Assembly (NCBI GenBank): GCA_035482045.1
Contig: DATHRD010000081.1
Coordinates: 6,238-70,237 of the forward strand
DNA from: Thermoanaerobaculia bacterium
Lineage (GTDB): Bacteria > Acidobacteriota > Thermoanaerobaculia > Gp7-AA8
Reading direction: 5' to 3'
DNA length: 64,000 bases
Part shown: positions 50,197 to 59,512 of the stretch, piece by piece
Layout of the letters: each line of letters begins with the position of its first letter
Numbering within the stretch: position 1 is the first letter of the stretch
The notes under the pieces: model-generated
Database searches by the model: none
Told to the model about the DNA's origin: nothing
The model's input: the letters and a program-made list of their open reading frames with translations, nothing else
Translations under genes and position numbers: made by a program

Positions 50197-51027
50197 ATGC
50201 GATCCCTCATCCGCGTTACGGTACTGGCCGCCGCGGCGTTGTCCTCGGCCGCGTGCGTGTCGACCTCCGACGTCGAGAAGCTGCAGAGTCAGATCTCCGA
50301 CCTTCAGGAGCAACTGGCGCAGGTCAAGCGCACGGCTTCCAGCAAAGAGGAAGTGAACAACGTCAACAAGACCATCGCCGATCAAACGCAGATGCTGCTC
50401 AAGTCGAACGCCACGCTCGTGGCGAAGGTCGGGCAGATCGAGGACAAGATTCAGAACGCGCAGGGGACGGTCGAGCAGACGAACAACCGCCTCGACCGCA
50501 TGACGCAGCAGCTCACGCAGACGCAGCACGACGTCGATGATCTGAAAGCCGCGGCTGCCCGCGCCGCCGCCGCGCCGGCACCCGGCGCGATGCCGGCGTC
50601 CGGCAGCGAGGTCACGGTGCAGCCGGTGGCCATCCCCTCGGAAGATCCGATGCAGACCTACCAGGCCGCCTACCGCGACTACGAGCGCGGCAACTACGAC
50701 CTGGCCATCGCCGGCTTTCGCGACTTCGCGGCCCGGAACCCGAATTCGGAGCTTTCCGGCAACGCCGCTTACTGGGTTGGCGAGAGCCTTTACTCGCAGA
50801 AGAAATATCGCGAGGCGATTCCGCAGTTTGACAGCGTCGTTACCCGGTACCCGAAGTCAGACAAAGTTGCCGGGGCACTGCTGAAGAAGGGTTATGCCTA
50901 TATCGCCCTCGGCGAGAAGTCGCAAGGCATCGTGCAGCTTCAGTATGTCGTTCACGAACATCCCACCTCACCGGAGGCGGCGCTGGCGCGGCAGAAACTG
51001 AAGTCGCTCGGCGTCGATTCGAAGTAG
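50197..51027 (+). CDS. cpoB: Cell division coordinator CpoB/YbgF (coiled coil plus TPR)
   Basis: Signal peptide, coiled coil, C-terminal TPRs (AAYWVGESLYSQKKYREAIPQF...); last gene of the tol-pal cluster. Confidence 0.7.
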   Translation: MRSLIRVTVLAAAALSSAACVSTSDVEKLQSQISDLQEQLAQVKRTASSKEEVNNVNKTIADQTQMLLKSNATLVAKVGQIEDKIQNAQGTVEQTNNRLDRMTQQLTQTQHDVDDLKAAAARAAAAPAPGAMPASGSEVTVQPVAIPSEDPMQTYQAAYRDYERGNYDLAIAGFRDFAARNPNSELSGNAAYWVGESLYSQKKYREAIPQFDSVVTRYPKSDKVAGALLKKGYAYIALGEKSQGIVQLQYVVHEHPTSPEAALARQKLKSLGVDSK

Positions 51028-51073
51028 AATACGCGGCCCTGAACCGCAGACCACTTACGTAGGAGCAACATCA

Positions 51074-51334
51074 ATGGCGAATACCCGCTCGGCCGAAAAA
51101 CAGCAGCGACAGGCCGAAAAAGCAAACACGCGCAACCGCGCCGGAAAATCGCGTCTCCGTTCGGCGCTCAAAAAGGCCCGCGCGGCAGTCGATTCCGGCA
51201 GCGCCGACGCGAGCGTCCTCTCCACGAGCTTTTCCGAGATCGACAAAGCCGCACGTCGCGGCGTCATCAAGGACAACACCGCCGACCGCTACAAATCGCG
51301 GCTCGCGGCCGCTTCGAAACGCGCCGCGAAGTAA
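51074..51334 (+). CDS. rpsT: 30S ribosomal protein S20
   Basis: MANTRSAEKQQRQAEKANTRNRAGKSRLRSALKKA is a canonical S20 N-terminus. Confidence 0.9.
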   Translation: MANTRSAEKQQRQAEKANTRNRAGKSRLRSALKKARAAVDSGSADASVLSTSFSEIDKAARRGVIKDNTADRYKSRLAAASKRAAK

Positions 51335-51391
51335 CCGGCGCGATATCCGAGGCTCGCGAACGGCGCACTCCGGTGCGCCGTTTTCCTTTGT

Positions 51392-53017
51392 CTATACCGA
51401 CAGCCGGCCGAACCCCTTCTCCTGGGACTTCTCGTCCATGACACCGACTGAAATCTGCGACCGGCCGGGCTCGAGCACGACGTTCACGCGGAACGTCAGC
51501 GCCTTGTCGCCGGCGTGCGAGACCGCTGCCGCCGGCCAGTGGATTTCTTTCGTCTGGCGGTTCACGCTGGACGAGTTCCCAACCGGATCACCGGTGGAGA
51601 TGAAGACGGTGAATGCGCCGGCCACGCCGTCACCCTCCGGAACGAGCTTCAGCTTGCGAATCGGGATCAGCACATCGACGGTGACCAGACGCCGCTCGCC
51701 CTCGAATACCGGCGGCGCGGCATTCAGCGAGATACCGAGATCGTTGTCGGTCGGCTTGAACATCTGATTGGCGATGACGCGGCTCTCCATCTCGTCCGCC
51801 GGCGTGCCCGATCCGGCGCTGCCGCGCGTGACGCGCACGCTGTAGCCATTGCTCACCTTCACGGCTACCGCCTGCTTCCCCGAGATAGGCGCGGTTGGAT
51901 GAACGCCAACCGTGTAGAACGAATCGAGATCGGAGACGACGCGGTCCAGCGCGTCCGCCGCTGAGCGTCCGACGAATGCCACGCCTCCCGTTTCCTCGGC
52001 AAGCAGGTGGTAGCCGGCGAAGCGGCCGGCCGCGTTGGTGAAGGCCGCGAGCCGGTCGCCCGCCTGCTGCATATCGATGTGACTGCCGGCGTCTTCGTTG
52101 ATGTCCGAGGCGATGGCATAGAACACCGCACCGCGGCGCCAGGCGCGCATTCCGAACGAGTTGAACAGAGGCGTTAGATCGTACGATGAAGACTCGCCCA
52201 TCGGGGAGCTGGCCTGAGCACCCGACTGCAGATTCGTTCCCAGCACGCCGCTCTGCGCGCTCGTGCGGATCGTCTCCACATACTGGAACACGCCCGCTCC
52301 CGGTGTCTGCGGAAGGCCGCCTCCCACGACGATGAGCACGTTCCGCGTCCGGGGAGTGAAGAGGCTCACCGCGGCGGAGATCATGCTCAGCGTGTCCTCC
52401 GCGTCGCGATAACTGGCCGCCGCGTAGGCGCGGGCGGCGTCGATCAGCGCATCGAAGGTATAGAACGTGTGACCCGACTTACCGGCCTGCCGGATGTCGG
52501 TGGCAATCTCGCGGATCCGTTTCTCGGCCGCGGCTTGTCCGTTGGCCGAGGGTGTCGACGATGCGCCGGACATCTGTTGAAGGGCAGCATCGACCTCTGT
52601 CAGGTTCGACGTCCATCCCGTCATGGTCCGCAGCGACTGGCCGCCCTCGAGAATCGCTACCAGGTCACCGGGCCGCAACGCCCGCGTCAGGAATCCGTGC
52701 AAGGCCTCGGCGGCCTGGCGGCGGGCACCACCCGAGAGCGTCGTCCCATCAAAAAGAATGACGATGCGTCTCATCTCTCCCGCGGGAACGCCTGCCGCTC
52801 CCCGCTCGGAGAACTTCTCCACGTCGACTGGAGTGCCGCCGATCGACAATTGAAAATCGTCCTGCTTCAGCGCTGGGATGTGATTCCCCCGCGAATCGGT
52901 CACGACCAGCGACAGCATCGCCAGCGGCGGTTCTTTCGCCGGTGGAGCGGCCTCCTGCCCGGATGCGATCGGAATGGCGAAAAGAACGGCGACGACGCAT
53001 GCGGCGAAACGTTTCAT
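51392..53017 (-). CDS. Secreted VWA-like domain protein (hypothetical)
   Basis: Signal peptide MKRFAACVVAVLFAIPIASG; RIVILFDGTTLSGG resembles a degenerate MIDAS (DxTxS) motif. Confidence 0.4.
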   Translation of the reverse strand: MKRFAACVVAVLFAIPIASGQEAAPPAKEPPLAMLSLVVTDSRGNHIPALKQDDFQLSIGGTPVDVEKFSERGAAGVPAGEMRRIVILFDGTTLSGGARRQAAEALHGFLTRALRPGDLVAILEGGQSLRTMTGWTSNLTEVDAALQQMSGASSTPSANGQAAAEKRIREIATDIRQAGKSGHTFYTFDALIDAARAYAAASYRDAEDTLSMISAAVSLFTPRTRNVLIVVGGGLPQTPGAGVFQYVETIRTSAQSGVLGTNLQSGAQASSPMGESSSYDLTPLFNSFGMRAWRRGAVFYAIASDINEDAGSHIDMQQAGDRLAAFTNAAGRFAGYHLLAEETGGVAFVGRSAADALDRVVSDLDSFYTVGVHPTAPISGKQAVAVKVSNGYSVRVTRGSAGSGTPADEMESRVIANQMFKPTDNDLGISLNAAPPVFEGERRLVTVDVLIPIRKLKLVPEGDGVAGAFTVFISTGDPVGNSSSVNRQTKEIHWPAAAVSHAGDKALTFRVNVVLEPGRSQISVGVMDEKSQEKGFGRLSV

Positions 53018-53027
53018 GGCAGGTCCC

Positions 53028-53120
53028 CCCGGGAGTCGGGAATCGGGTGTCGGGGGTCGGTGTCATGATGCGCAGCCACTCCGATGCCCGAACCCCGGTT
53101 AGCGACTCCCGCGCAGTCTA
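53028..53120. repeat. GGGAGTC-family imperfect hairpin
   Basis: gggagtcgggaatcgggtgtcgggggtcgg ... ccgatgcccgaaccccggttagcgactcccg. Confidence 0.65.
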
Positions 53121-53164
53121 CGCTTCTTGGCGGCCGGAGCGCCGGCGAGGACGCCAGCGCTCCT

Positions 53165-53572
53165 CTAAATCCACCCAGCGAACGCCTTCATCACCTCGGC
53201 ATCGGCCGTCACAGGGCGGCGTGTGGCGCGATCGACCCAGACGTGCGACGACGTGCCGTTGGCGTGCAACTTCTCGCCCGAGGCATCGCGCAATTCATAG
53301 GAGAAACGCATCATCCGGCTGGCCGCCTCGGCCACCGACGTTCGGATTACGACCTCGTCGTCATAGCGGTACGGAATGCGGTAGCGGCAGACGACTTCGG
53401 TAACGACCAGGATGAGGCCCAGCTCCTCGATCTCCCGGTAGGGGAACCCGGCTTCGCGGCATAGGTCCGTCCGTCCGACTTCGAACCAAACGACGTAATT
53501 CGCATGGTGAGCGATCGCCATCTGGTCGGTTTCCTTGTAACGTACGCGTGTACGGCTTTCGGTCGTGCGCAT
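53165..53572 (-). CDS. Acyl-CoA thioesterase (YbgC/4HBT hotdog family)
   Basis: VRYKETDQMAIAHHANYVVWFEVGR is a 4HBT family signature; approx. 135 aa. Confidence 0.75.
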   Translation of the reverse strand: MRTTESRTRVRYKETDQMAIAHHANYVVWFEVGRTDLCREAGFPYREIEELGLILVVTEVVCRYRIPYRYDDEVVIRTSVAEAASRMMRFSYELRDASGEKLHANGTSSHVWVDRATRRPVTADAEVMKAFAGWI

Positions 53573-53608
53573 GGGGCGCGCGATTCTAACCCGGCAGAAG
53601 TTTTGCTG

Positions 53609-54592
53609 ATGAGCTTAGTCGTGTGGCGAAAGAAAAAAAGCGTCCTCCTTACGGATACCGCAAATTCTTTGCTGATCGGAAGTGCTGTCGTCCTCGCGCT
53701 CGATCTCGGCCGGCGCATTTTCCGGCGTTCGCAGCTCTTCGTTCCTGAATGCAAGCCGGTCATCAGTTGGGACCCAGCGGACTACGGCCTCCCGCGTGAG
53801 CGCACCGAGGTCCTCTCGTTCGAGACCGATGACGGCGAACTGCTCTACGGCTGGTACTGCCGGGCCGAGCACCCCATCGCCTCCGCGCTCTACTGCCATG
53901 GCAACACCGGCAACCTCACGAACACCGCGCACGTCATGCCGCACTTGCTCGATGCCGGCATCAACCTGCTTCTTTTCGACTATCGCGGCTTCGGACGCAG
54001 CACCGGGCGGCCCTCATTCTCAGGCATCATCGACGACGGCGTCACCGCGGCCCGGCTGCACGAGAGAATCCGGCCAAAGGACGTGCCGTCAATCCTTTAC
54101 GGCTACTCCCTCGGCGGTGCGATCGCGGCCCAGATCATCCGCAGGCATCCTTTCGACGGGCTCATACTGCAGTCGACATTCACCAATCTTCCCGACCTCG
54201 CGCGCGTGGCGTTCCCCCGCGTGCCGCTGCACCTCGTCAGCGGACGGTTGTTCGACACACTCGAAGCCGTCCGGGACATCAACGTCCCCGCTCTGTTCAT
54301 CCATGGCTCCGCCGACGAAGTCTGCCCGGCATGGATGGCACAACAGCTCTATGACGCGTATGGCCCCGGTTCGAAGAAGCTGATCCTCGTGGACGGAGGC
54401 CTGCACAAGGACATCTTCGAGCGCCCCGACGCCCCGACGCTCGTCTCGGAGATCAACCGTTTCGCCACCTGTTTGTTATGCACGCCGCACGTCGTCCAGC
54501 ACCGGCCTTCGCCCGCCGAGCTGCTTCTCGATCAGGCCCTTCGTTTCATCCGGCGGCACCGGCGCCGCCGGCTCGTCCAGCAGCCGCTGTGA
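53609..54592 (+). CDS. Alpha/beta hydrolase
   Basis: HGNTGN oxyanion region, GYSLGG nucleophile elbow, downstream Asp/His. Confidence 0.7.
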   Translation: MSLVVWRKKKSVLLTDTANSLLIGSAVVLALDLGRRIFRRSQLFVPECKPVISWDPADYGLPRERTEVLSFETDDGELLYGWYCRAEHPIASALYCHGNTGNLTNTAHVMPHLLDAGINLLLFDYRGFGRSTGRPSFSGIIDDGVTAARLHERIRPKDVPSILYGYSLGGAIAAQIIRRHPFDGLILQSTFTNLPDLARVAFPRVPLHLVSGRLFDTLEAVRDINVPALFIHGSADEVCPAWMAQQLYDAYGPGSKKLILVDGGLHKDIFERPDAPTLVSEINRFATCLLCTPHVVQHRPSPAELLLDQALRFIRRHRRRRLVQQPL

Positions 54593-54652
54593 TACGTTCG
54601 TCCTCGCAAGAGGACATTTGTCCTCCCGCGAATTCAGCATTCGAAGGACGCC

Positions 54653-55771
54653 ATGCTCGCCGTCGTCAAATCGGCCCCGGTCGAAGGTCCCGAGGGCACA
54701 TCCATCCGAGATTGCCCCGTTCCGAAACCAGGCCCTGATGAGGTGCTGATTCGCGTCGCTGCCGCAGCGGTCTGTGGCACCGACAAACACATCTATCACT
54801 GGGATCCGTCGATCCACGACAAGGTCACCCCGCCTCGCATTTACGGCCACGAGTTCTGTGGCTTTGTCGAAGAGCTTGGCGCGCGCGCCCAGCGCTCGTA
54901 CGAGGGACATCTCGAGGTCGGCGACTACGTCTCCGCTGAGATGCACGTCGTCTGCGGCGAGTGTCCGCGATGCCGCGCCGGCAATGGGCACATCTGCGAC
55001 CGTACGCGCATCTACGGGCTGCACGAGGATGGCGCGTTCGCCGAGTTCGTGAAGGTGCCTTCGGCAAACGTGGTGAAGCTGGGCTCCTACGTTCCGCTGC
55101 GCGTCGGCGCGTTCCTCGATGCCCTCGGCAACGCCGTTCACGCGACGTCGATCAGCGATCTGGCGGGCAAATCTGTGGCCATCACCGGCTTCGGTCCGAT
55201 CGGCGCCATGGCCGCGGCAATCGCAGAGCACAGCGGGGCGAGCACCGTGGTCGTCACCGACGTGAGCGATCACGCTCTCGAGACCGCGCGCCGCTGGGCC
55301 GCGAACCACAACTTCGTGAACCTTCACGCCTTCAACGTTCGGACGACGAGCGCTGAGGAAGTGAAGGCAGCCGTCGATGCGGTAACCGAGGGCGAGGGGG
55401 TCGATGTCGTCCTGGAGATGTCGGGCGCGCCAGCCGCCATCAACCTGGCACTCGACATCGTGCGCATGGGCGGGCTTCTCTCGCTGCTCGGACTCCCGGC
55501 CGGCCACTCCGTCACCATCAACGACTACACGCGCAATGTCATCTTCAAAGGGGTGACGATGCAGGGAATCATCGGCCGCCGCATGTACGGCACCTGGCAG
55601 CGGATGCTGGCGCTGCTCAAGTCCGGCCTCGACGTCGAATGGATCGTGCAGGCGGCCTTCGATTCCCTCAACGATTTTCACGAAGGGGTAGCCCGTTTCG
55701 ACCGGCACGAAGCGCTGAAGGTGGTCTTCTTCCCAGAGGGGGAGGCTGCGGCGAACGCGCGGCTGAAGTGA
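54653..55771 (+). CDS. tdh: L-threonine 3-dehydrogenase (zinc-dependent MDR family)
   Basis: Colinear with TDH: AVCGTDKHIYHWD, GHEFCGFVEELG, CGECPRCRAGNGHIC, ITGFGPIGAMAA, LEMSGAP, VIFKG, YGTWQRMLALLKSGLD. Confidence 0.8.
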   Translation: MLAVVKSAPVEGPEGTSIRDCPVPKPGPDEVLIRVAAAAVCGTDKHIYHWDPSIHDKVTPPRIYGHEFCGFVEELGARAQRSYEGHLEVGDYVSAEMHVVCGECPRCRAGNGHICDRTRIYGLHEDGAFAEFVKVPSANVVKLGSYVPLRVGAFLDALGNAVHATSISDLAGKSVAITGFGPIGAMAAAIAEHSGASTVVVTDVSDHALETARRWAANHNFVNLHAFNVRTTSAEEVKAAVDAVTEGEGVDVVLEMSGAPAAINLALDIVRMGGLLSLLGLPAGHSVTINDYTRNVIFKGVTMQGIIGRRMYGTWQRMLALLKSGLDVEWIVQAAFDSLNDFHEGVARFDRHEALKVVFFPEGEAAANARLK

Positions 55772-55877
55772 GGGTTACTGAGTTGCTGGGGTTACTCGGT
55801 TGCTAAGTTGTCCGAGTTGTCGGATTGATAAGCTGTCGACCGGAGACTGACCTGGTAAACCCCGAAACCAGCCCACC

Positions 55878-57044
55878 ATGTCAAAACGAATCGCGATCCT
55901 CACCGGCGGCGGAGACGTCCCGGGACTCAACGCCGCCATCAAAGCGTTCGTTGGCCGCCTGCTCGATCACGACGGATACGAGATCCTCGGGTTGCGCCGC
56001 GGCTGGGCTTCGCTGACCAACATCATCCCCGAGCGGAACGCCGACAACTCAGCCTGGATCACACCGCTCGGCCGTACGAACACACGCTCCATCGACCGCT
56101 TCGGCGGCACGATGCTGCACACCTCGCGCATCAATCCGTCGATCAGCAAGCTGGATCACATCCCGGCGCACCTCCTCCCGCTCAAAGGCGAACCGGACGA
56201 GCGCGGACGATACGATCTGACCGACGCGGCGTTGCGCGTGATCGACTTCCTCCAGCTCGACGGACTGGTGGCCCTCGGCGGAGACGGCACGCTCACGTTC
56301 GCCCGGCGCCTGCACCAGCGAGGCGTTCCTCTCGTGGCCATCCCCAAGACGATGGACAACGATGTCTTCGGCACGGACTACTGCCTCGGCTTCTCGACCG
56401 CGGTCACCAGATCCGTGATGTTCATCAACGACCTGCGCACCGGCGCCGGTTCGCACGAGCGCTTTCTCGTGGTCGAGCTGTTCGGCCGCTACTCCGGCGA
56501 GACCTGCCTGCTGGCCTCGTATCTCGCCGGCGTCGATCGCGCCGTCATCGCCGAGGTGTCGTTCGACGTGGAGAAGCTCTACAGCCTGCTGCAGGCCGAT
56601 CGCAGCGACAACCCGAGCAACTACGCGGTGGTGGCCGTCTCAGAAGGTGCGCGCCTCATCGGCGGTGGAACGATCGAAAGCGGCGAGGCCGACGCGTATG
56701 GCAACCGCAAACTCGGCGGCATCGGCGGCATCGTCAGCGATTACCTGGAGAAACGGACGCGCGACAAGGTGATCTACCAGCGCCTCGCATACCTCATGCG
56801 CTCCGGCGCCCCCGACTCCCTCGATCAACTGGTCGCCAACAACTACGGCAGCCTGGCCGCCGACCTGATGCGTCGCGGCGACACCGGCAAGATGGTGGCC
56901 GTGGTCGACGGCCGCTACACCGCCGTCCCCATCGAAGTCGGCAGCAGCGGCCGGAAGCGCGTCGACGTCGATCGCTTCTATGACGTGGCCAACTACCGGC
57001 CGAAGGTGGCGGATGTGATGGGGATGCCGATGTTCCTGCACTGA
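55878..57044 (+). CDS. pfkA: 6-phosphofructokinase (ATP- or PPi-dependent)
   Basis: IAILTGGGDVPGLNAAIKA, GGDGT, MGR-type motifs. Confidence 0.85.
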   Translation: MSKRIAILTGGGDVPGLNAAIKAFVGRLLDHDGYEILGLRRGWASLTNIIPERNADNSAWITPLGRTNTRSIDRFGGTMLHTSRINPSISKLDHIPAHLLPLKGEPDERGRYDLTDAALRVIDFLQLDGLVALGGDGTLTFARRLHQRGVPLVAIPKTMDNDVFGTDYCLGFSTAVTRSVMFINDLRTGAGSHERFLVVELFGRYSGETCLLASYLAGVDRAVIAEVSFDVEKLYSLLQADRSDNPSNYAVVAVSEGARLIGGGTIESGEADAYGNRKLGGIGGIVSDYLEKRTRDKVIYQRLAYLMRSGAPDSLDQLVANNYGSLAADLMRRGDTGKMVAVVDGRYTAVPIEVGSSGRKRVDVDRFYDVANYRPKVADVMGMPMFLH

Positions 57045-57059
57045 GTCACGACCGCGAAG

Positions 57060-57456
57060 TCACGGGGTCAGGACCGTGCAGTCGAGCGCTTCGATCCGGC
57101 CGAAGTCCTTATCAAAGGTCACCAAGTGGCCGGCGCAATCGATCGCCGACGCGGCGATCCACATGTCGTTCACGGGAACGGGACGGCCCGAACGCCTCTG
57201 GCGCGCGTAAACCTGGCCGTAGCGGTGGGCGACCTCGGGCGTCGTCGGCAAAAACCGATACGAAAGACTCGGAAAGGAATTCCGCCAAGGCCAGACGGTT
57301 GGCTAGGGCCCGCGAGCCTAGCTCGAAGGCCCCCTCCAACTCGCCGAGCACCGTCACCGGAATGAGCAAAACCTCCGCGGACGCCAGCATGTCCGCCAAG
57401 TCCGGGTGGCCCGTCCGCATGTGCGAGTACGCCGAGGTGTCCATCACGATCCGCAC
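57060..57456 (-). pseudogene. vapC: PIN-domain toxin (VapC-like) disrupted by a frameshift
   Basis: N-terminal PIN portion (RIVMDTSAY...) is in ORF 57112..57456; C-terminal PIN portion (NDMWIAASAI...LVTFDKDF) is in the overlapping ORF 57060..57251 in another frame. Confidence 0.5.
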
Positions 57457-57460
57457 GCGA

Positions 57461-57703
57461 TCACCGCCACAGCGAGTCGTCGATCACGCGTTGCGCGGCC
57501 ACGGAACCCTCGACCTGCGCGAGGTCCTCGGGCGTCCATGTGGCATAGCGCGCCAGCCGTTCGCGACGGGCATCCGTCCCTACCGCCTGACTGAGGATCT
57601 CCAGCACCGTTCCATTCAAGCTGAGGCCACGCTCCCGACTCAAACGCAGGAGCTTTCCAGCAACCTCTTCCGGCACTCCTCGGATCGTCATTTGCCTGCC
57701 CAT
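57461..57703 (-). CDS. vapB: Ribbon-helix-helix-type antitoxin (VapB/FitA-like)
   Basis: MTIRGVPEEVAGKLLRLSRERGLSLNGTVLEIL is an RHH-like N-terminus; 4-nt spacing to the PIN gene. Confidence 0.55.
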   Translation of the reverse strand: MGRQMTIRGVPEEVAGKLLRLSRERGLSLNGTVLEILSQAVGTDARRERLARYATWTPEDLAQVEGSVAAQRVIDDSLWR

Positions 57704-58076
57704 GCCTGCATGATATCAAATTGATGCCTACACGAGTCGGGCCCGCAGCCCACGTGACGTACACTTTGTATGTATGAAGCGATGAACGCTCCAGCACCTC
57801 TTCGTCAAGAATCACGGGCGAGACTCTCGACCGGGGAGAAGAGGTACTCAGGGACGATCAACCGGGCGCTGCGGATAGGTGAATCGGATTGAGATCCTGC
57901 GCGACGGACTCGATCGCTTCGACCATTTGAGCTGGTGGCCGGGTTACGTCGAGGAGTTCGGGCCGAACCCGCCAGTCTGATCGCCGCGACGGCGATTCTC
58001 AATCGGATCGAGCATCTTCACGCCGACCGCGATTTTGACTACATCGCGGAGATTACAAATCTCGAGGCGCCCAACC

Positions 58077-59390
58077 TCATCCCTTCCGCTTCAGCAGCAC
58101 GTTCATGATCACGTCGTTATAGATAACGACCATCATCAGTGCGGCCAGGACGGCGAAACCGACTTGTTGGATGCGCTCCTTGACGCGCAGGGAGAGGTCG
58201 CGGCGGGCCACCCCTTCGACGAGCAGGATCATGATGTGGCCGCCGTCGAGGACAGGGATGGGGAGGAGGTTCATGATGCCGAGCTGCAACGAAATCATGG
58301 CCATCAACGCGACCATGTTCATCCATCCCCGGCGCAGCATTTCGCCGGAGATGCGGGCGATCGAGATCGGACCGCTCAGCTCCTTGACGCTCCCTTCGGC
58401 GCGGAAGAGGCGGCCTAGGGTGAGGAAGGCATAGCGCAACATCTTCCAGTTCTGTTCGATGCTGTCCTGAATGGCCGGGACGAACGAAAGCTTGTGGATC
58501 TCGGTCGGTGGGATGAACCCGCGGTACGGGTCGTCCGGATTGGGTTTCATCGCTGGCAATACGGTGTGGATGACTGCCGCTCCGCGCATGATGTCGAGCG
58601 GGAGGGCGCCTCCCTTGACGGCATCGAACACCGCGTCGACCTCGGAGAGTTGCGTGACGGCTTTTCCGTTGAGGGAAACGATGCGGTCGCCGGTCTGTAA
58701 GCCGGCGATTGCGGCGGGCGAGCCAGGTTTGACGCGGCCGATCGTCGAGTCGAGGTACGGACGGATGCCGGCGCGGCCGACCGGCCCGAAGTCGCTGTCC
58801 TCACGCTCCGGAGTCATTGCCGTCGTTCGAAGCTGTCCATTGCGGAGGTAGTCGACGCGTAAAGCGGTGCCGCTGTTCATGCCGATGGCCAGGCGCATGT
58901 CGTCGAAGTCGTTGATCTTCTCGCCGTTGATGGCGACGATGCGGTCGCCGAACTGCAGCCCGGCGCGCGCGGCCGGTTTGTTCGGCGAGACTTCTCCGAT
59001 GATCGGCCGGACGACGACGGACTCGGTGCCGACCATGCTGATGACCGCCATGAAGGAGATGGCGATCACGATGTTCACGAACGGACCGGCCAGCATGATG
59101 AGCAAGCGCTGCCACTTCGGCTTGGAGAGGAACTCGTCAGGGTTGCCGGGCTGATTCTCTTCCGGGATATCGCCGGCCATGCGCACGTAGCCGCCGAGGG
59201 GAATCAGCGAGACGCGATAGTCTGTCTCCCCCTTGTGGAAGCCGAAGAGCCGCTTGCCGAAACCAAACGAGAAGACCAGCACTTTGACGCGAAAGAACTT
59301 CGCGACCAGGAAGTGCCCGGACTCGTGGGCGAAGATCAGGAAGCCGAGGACGATACCGAAGCCGAGAAGGTTTGTGGCGGCGTTTTGCAT
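58077..59390 (-). CDS. rseP: RIP metalloprotease RseP (site-2 protease, M50, two PDZ domains)
   Basis: HESGHFLVAKFF HExxH motif in TM1; two PDZ domains; C-terminal LDG motif region. Confidence 0.85.
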   Translation of the reverse strand: MQNAATNLLGFGIVLGFLIFAHESGHFLVAKFFRVKVLVFSFGFGKRLFGFHKGETDYRVSLIPLGGYVRMAGDIPEENQPGNPDEFLSKPKWQRLLIMLAGPFVNIVIAISFMAVISMVGTESVVVRPIIGEVSPNKPAARAGLQFGDRIVAINGEKINDFDDMRLAIGMNSGTALRVDYLRNGQLRTTAMTPEREDSDFGPVGRAGIRPYLDSTIGRVKPGSPAAIAGLQTGDRIVSLNGKAVTQLSEVDAVFDAVKGGALPLDIMRGAAVIHTVLPAMKPNPDDPYRGFIPPTEIHKLSFVPAIQDSIEQNWKMLRYAFLTLGRLFRAEGSVKELSGPISIARISGEMLRRGWMNMVALMAMISLQLGIMNLLPIPVLDGGHIMILLVEGVARRDLSLRVKERIQQVGFAVLAALMMVVIYNDVIMNVLLKRKG

Positions 59391-59392
59391 AG

Positions 59393-59512
59393 AACAGTGG
59401 ATTCGTAGATTAGTCGATCTCGGAAACCTAGTGGATCAGTAGATTAGTGGATCAGTGGATTAGAGTCATCGAAAACAGCCGTGGCAAGCCTTCCGATCCA
59501 CTAATCCACTAA
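59393..59512. repeat. TAGTGGATCAG-type hairpin between dxr and rseP
   Basis: cagtggattcgtagattagtcgatc ... ctagtggatcagtagattagtggatcagtggattag ... gatccactaatccactaatcactg. Confidence 0.8.
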
